A program made the translations under genes and the position numbers. Source: an uncultured Caldithrix sp. (lineage in GTDB: Bacteria; Calditrichota; Calditrichia; RBG-13-44-9). Taken from it: a stretch of 64,000 nucleotides of DNA. Of the stretch, positions 60,400 to 64,000 are shown piece by piece; within the stretch, counting starts at the first letter, position 1; the number at the start of each line of letters is the position of its first letter. The stretch covers positions 4,480 through 68,479 of the forward strand of contig CAYMXZ010000001.1 of assembly GCA_964394475.1 (NCBI GenBank). Reading direction: 5' to 3'. Below the pieces are notes generated by a model, which was not told the origin of the DNA, did not search any database, and saw only the letters and a list, made by a program, of their open reading frames with translations.

Positions 60400-61554
60400 T
60401 TATTCCAAAAAAATATTTTCGCGGGTTTCTCTCAATAGATTTTCCACCACATATCGATAATCAGCAGGGCGGTGTTTACTCCATTCGCGTTGGCGCAAGT
60501 AACTGGGACCTTTCTGGATAATTTCCTTTATAACAGCCAGATAAGGTTGTGTTTCTTGTAAATTTTTTTGCTCGGAATAATCCCAGATTTCCTGATATAA
60601 TTCAAGCAAAGAATCCTTCAATTTTTTGGTGATACCTTTTTTGTTCAAGATGATTTCACCCTGGATTCCATAGCGCGCGGCCCGCCATTTATTCTCTTTT
60701 AAAATCCAGCGCTCCAGTTTTGGCATCTTCCCATTTAATTCAAACTCATCAGCAAATTTCCTCACTAAAAGATAAATCAAAGCCGTTAAAGCCAGATTTT
60801 CTTTCAGAGTGGGCATGGCATCGCATACACGCACCTCGATGGTGCCAAAAATAGGGTGAGGGCGTATATCCCACCACAGATCGCGCACCGTATCAATTGA
60901 ATTGGATTCAATGAGTTTTTCCACCAGCTGGCTGTACATTTTCCAATTTTTAAAATAGTAGGGGATACCAGCGTTAGGGAGCTCTTCAAAGATTTTAATG
61001 CGGGTGGTGGCCAGGCCAGTATCAAATCCATTCCAGAAAGGAGAACTGGCGGAAAGAGAGATTAAATGCGGTAAATATTTGGTGAGCCGATTCATTACAT
61101 AAATCGCTTTATCGGCATTATTTATACCGATATGCACATGCAGTCCAAAAATCAAAAACTGCCGCACTGGCCATTGGATTTTTCGGAGGAGATTCTGGTA
61201 GCGTTCTTGTTCAGTGATTTGTTGCTCCTGCCAGTTTGAAAAAGGATGACACCCCGAGATGAGAATATTTATTTCATGCTCATGGGCAATTTCCTGAATG
61301 ATCTGCAAGTTTTTTTTTAGTACGCCTTCTAACTCGGTAATCGTTTGACAAATCGGCGTATTAATCTCAATCGTTGAATTAAACAGTTCCGGTTTGAAAT
61401 AAATTTCACCGGGCAGTTGCGATAAAATAATCTCAGCACCAGGAACTAAATCCGCCGTGCGCTGGCTAATCGTTTGAACTTCCAGCTCAATTCCAATACT
61501 ATAATTCGGTACGGCATTAAAATTGATATACATAGGACTATGACTAATGACCAA
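60400..61554 (-). CDS. ybdK: Carboxylate-amine ligase, glutamate-cysteine ligase family 2 (YbdK type)
   Basis: ..IGIELEVQTIS.. and ..HVHIGINNADKAIYVMNRL...ISLSASSPF.. and ..DLWWDIRPHPIFGTIEVRVCD.. are colinear with the E. coli YbdK motifs. The protein is 384 aa. Confidence 0.85.
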   Translation of the reverse strand: MVISHSPMYINFNAVPNYSIGIELEVQTISQRTADLVPGAEIILSQLPGEIYFKPELFNSTIEINTPICQTITELEGVLKKNLQIIQEIAHEHEINILISGCHPFSNWQEQQITEQERYQNLLRKIQWPVRQFLIFGLHVHIGINNADKAIYVMNRLTKYLPHLISLSASSPFWNGFDTGLATTRIKIFEELPNAGIPYYFKNWKMYSQLVEKLIESNSIDTVRDLWWDIRPHPIFGTIEVRVCDAMPTLKENLALTALIYLLVRKFADEFELNGKMPKLERWILKENKWRAARYGIQGEIILNKKGITKKLKDSLLELYQEIWDYSEQKNLQETQPYLAVIKEIIQKGPSYLRQREWSKHRPADYRYVVENLLRETRENIFLE

Positions 61555-61615
61555 ATAATGAGGGACTAAATTTTAATAAATGCTTGAGAGTAATGCAAAT
61601 TAAAACGACAGCCTC

Positions 61616-62644
61616 TCAATATTTTTTTAATTTGTCATTCACGAGGTTGAGCATGATTGATTTTGCCCGATTAGGAAGGAAGGCACTTTTAAAACCATCC
61701 AAAATGATCGACTTTAAATCATCCATATTTAAGTTGTGGTATTTGGCTATTAGATAGAGTTCATTGGTCAGATTAGTATCAGAGACCAGTCGATTATCGG
61801 TATTGATAGTTACTCGCAGACCATAGTCGTAATAGAATCGAAAGGGGTGAGAATCAAAAGACTTCGCTGCGCCAGTCTGTACATTGCTGGTCAGGCATAT
61901 TTCTAACGGAATGCGGTGATCATTGATGTAATTGAGCAAATCACCATCTTCATAGAGTCGGGTACCATGACCAATGCGGTGAGCACCACAATCGTGTATG
62001 GCCTGATGAATGCTCTCCGGTCCAAATGCTTCTCCGGCATGAGCGGTGGTGTTGATATTATTTTTCCGAATAAGAAAAAATGCTTCTTTGTGATCTTTGG
62101 CGGGGTAATTTTCTTCCTGACCGGCCAGGTCAAAACCGACTACCCCTTTATTTTTATAAAATACCGCCAATTCCGCCAGTTTTAGCGAGGTTTCGGGATT
62201 GATGTTGCGCATACCGCAGATGATAATGCCGGTTTTAATATTAAATTTTTTCTCAGCTTCCTGCAATCCACTCAGAACGGCATCGACAATCGTCGTCAGT
62301 TTTAGTCCCCTCTGGATATGCAGAATGGGAGAAAAACGAACCTCCATATACCAGATATTTTCCTCGGCGGCATCCTCGGCCAGCTCATAGGCAATACGGT
62401 ATAAAGCTTCGGGTTCTTGCATGACGGATAAGGTGATTTCGAAACCCTGCAAATATTCGCTCAGACTTTTGCAATGACTGCCACTTTTCACCAATTTGGC
62501 CAGCTCGGTCGGATTAGAGGTAGGCAAAGAAATGTGTTGTTTCCTGGCTAAATCAATCAGTGTATCTAACCGCAGAGAACCATCCAGATGGACATGCAAA
62601 TCAGTTTTCGGTAATTCTTTAAGTAATTCTCGCGGTATTTCCAT
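61616..62644 (-). CDS. add: Adenosine deaminase
   Basis: The N-terminus ..LPKTDLHVHLDGSLR.. is the Add signature. Downstream ..HAGE.. and ..SLNTDDP-like (..VTINTDN..) motifs are present. The protein is 342 aa. Confidence 0.88.
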   Translation of the reverse strand: MEIPRELLKELPKTDLHVHLDGSLRLDTLIDLARKQHISLPTSNPTELAKLVKSGSHCKSLSEYLQGFEITLSVMQEPEALYRIAYELAEDAAEENIWYMEVRFSPILHIQRGLKLTTIVDAVLSGLQEAEKKFNIKTGIIICGMRNINPETSLKLAELAVFYKNKGVVGFDLAGQEENYPAKDHKEAFFLIRKNNINTTAHAGEAFGPESIHQAIHDCGAHRIGHGTRLYEDGDLLNYINDHRIPLEICLTSNVQTGAAKSFDSHPFRFYYDYGLRVTINTDNRLVSDTNLTNELYLIAKYHNLNMDDLKSIILDGFKSAFLPNRAKSIMLNLVNDKLKKY

Positions 62645-62687
62645 TGAAAGATTCCCTGCCGGTAATGCACAAACTACGATCCTGCTT

Positions 62688-63401
62688 TCATTTCACCGAT
62701 TGAACAGAATCGGGGGCAGCCGGGATGGGCATGGCCGGTTTTTCCTCTGGTTTAATCGGACTCAAGGTAATGAGACCCGCTTGTCGGAGTTGATCAAATC
62801 GTTGCTGCGCCAATCTGGACCATTCCGTTCCCTGGTATTTGATTATGGTGGTCTGATAAGCTAAACCTGCTTCCTGATATTTTCCCAGCTTGCTATACAA
62901 TTCACCGATCTGAAATTGCGAATATGATTTTGCTTTCATATCGTCACTGTTCGGGTAATCCACGGCTTTCTGATAATAGCTTAGCGCTTTCAGATAATCT
63001 TCTTCCTCTTTAGAAACACCGGATTGCCGTCCATACAAAGCCGAGACCTCGTAGTATTTTGCCATTTCGTTGTAAATTTCAGGAACACGACTGGGAACTA
63101 AATTTTCACGAATCAAATTGTACAACAAATTAAATCCCTGTTCAAAATCGCCCATATTGTTGTAGGCTCGAGCCATGCCTAATACCGCATCGATATACTC
63201 TCGACTGGTGGGATAGCGGTTATAAATGACTCCATAAGCCTGCAGGGCTTCTTCCATATTGCCTTCCAGGTAAGCACGATTTCCTTTATTGAGTAATTCT
63301 ATCGGTTGCATTCCTTCCATTGATTGAATAGATGTTTGTTTTTTTCCGCAGCCCGCTAACCAGATAAAAATAATGAGGAGCAGAATTATGCATTTTTTCA
63401 T
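62688..63401 (-). CDS. TPR-repeat lipoprotein, BamD-like
   Basis: The signal peptide plus lipobox is ..IIFIWLAGCGKK. Several TPR-like helical pairs follow (..EEALQAYGVIYNRYPTS.., ..AKYYEVSALYGRQ..). The protein is 237 aa. Confidence 0.45.
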   Translation of the reverse strand: MKKCIILLLIIFIWLAGCGKKQTSIQSMEGMQPIELLNKGNRAYLEGNMEEALQAYGVIYNRYPTSREYIDAVLGMARAYNNMGDFEQGFNLLYNLIRENLVPSRVPEIYNEMAKYYEVSALYGRQSGVSKEEEDYLKALSYYQKAVDYPNSDDMKAKSYSQFQIGELYSKLGKYQEAGLAYQTTIIKYQGTEWSRLAQQRFDQLRQAGLITLSPIKPEEKPAMPIPAAPDSVQSVK

Positions 63402-63402
63402 A

Positions 63403-64000
63403 TTAGACCTCCTTCAGCAATTCAGATGATGATTTTTGTCTTGCCAATAAAAGTTGAAGTTGTCTCCAGGCATTATCGATAATTTGTTCTTCTGAGTAAT
63501 TGTTTATTTTTTTATTAAACACCATCCATTTTCCATCTATCATGACATGCCATACATTTGAGGTATTGCCAGAATAAACTATTTGTGAATAAATATCATC
63601 GGCAGGGATACTATGGACTTTATTCAACTCCAGCACGACCAGATCGGCTTTTTTGCCCACTTCCAGACTGCCAATTTTGTCGCTCAGACCTAAGGTTTTT
63701 GCCCCTCCACGGGTGGCCATATCAAATACCATTTTTGCTGAAATTGAATTTACCCCAGTTCGAGGTTTTTGGATTAACGCAGCCAGACGCATCTCATTAA
63801 AAATATCCAGATTATTGTTACAGGCGGCACCATCCGAACCCAGACTTACATTTATTCCTTTGTCCAGGAATTCAGGGATTGGTGCAATACCAGAACCTAA
63901 TTTAAGATTCGCGGTGGGACAATGTAAGACATTTATATCATAGTCGGAAATCCATTGAATTTCTCTCTTTGATACCCAGATGCAGTGTGCCAGGCAGAGA
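63403..64000 (-). CDS. Amidohydrolase-family deaminase (MtaD/SsnA/guanine-deaminase-like), C-terminal part; N-terminus lies beyond the window
   Basis: ..LGSDGAACNNNLDIFNEMRLAALIQK...GGAKTLGL...GSLEVGKKADLVVL.. are typical C-terminal motifs of metal-dependent amidohydrolase deaminases. The reading frame stays open to position 64000. Confidence 0.7.
   Translation of the reverse strand, partial: LCLAHCIWVSKREIQWISDYDINVLHCPTANLKLGSGIAPIPEFLDKGINVSLGSDGAACNNNLDIFNEMRLAALIQKPRTGVNSISAKMVFDMATRGGAKTLGLSDKIGSLEVGKKADLVVLELNKVHSIPADDIYSQIVYSGNTSNVWHVMIDGKWMVFNKKINNYSEEQIIDNAWRQLQLLLARQKSSSELLKEV

Noticed and set aside
1-64000. CRISPR arrays, rRNA/tRNA genes, transposases, integrases, phage genes
   Set aside because: No direct-repeat/spacer periodicity, no cloverleaf-compatible segments, and no DDE/tyrosine-recombinase-like ORFs were seen on either strand.

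Overview
This 64 kb window is a gene-dense chromosomal segment from an AT-rich bacterium. The organism very likely belongs to the FCB group, because two secreted proteins carry C-terminal T9SS (Por) sorting domains. About 50 protein-coding genes are supportable. Housekeeping genes include a ribD-ribE-ribBA-ribH riboflavin operon preceded by a recognisable FMN riboswitch with terminator, plus cysS, hisS, trmJ, radA, rny, recN and murA. Around them sit several envelope-export modules: two divergent MacB/Lol-type ABC systems (one with a LolA-like protein and a beta-barrel, one with an HlyD-type adaptor), a large beta-barrel/TolB-propeller/HExxH protein, and T9SS cargo proteins. There are also two GGDEF proteins, a bshA-like GT4 glycosyltransferase, and several unusual small clusters. 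These are a PEP-utilising-enzyme/PlsY-like/ICMT-like operon, a Memo+AMMECR1 pair without a radical SAM partner, and a stand-alone PSCyt1-like lipoprotein. I found no rRNA, tRNA, CRISPR array, transposase or prophage signature. The most system-like candidates for novelty are (i) the beta-barrel/ABC ATPase/FtsX/FtsX/LolA-like operon opposite a MacAB-like operon, and (ii) the phosphotransferase/PlsY-like/methyltransferase operon. All functional calls come from motif-level reading of the translated ORFs. No database searches were run.
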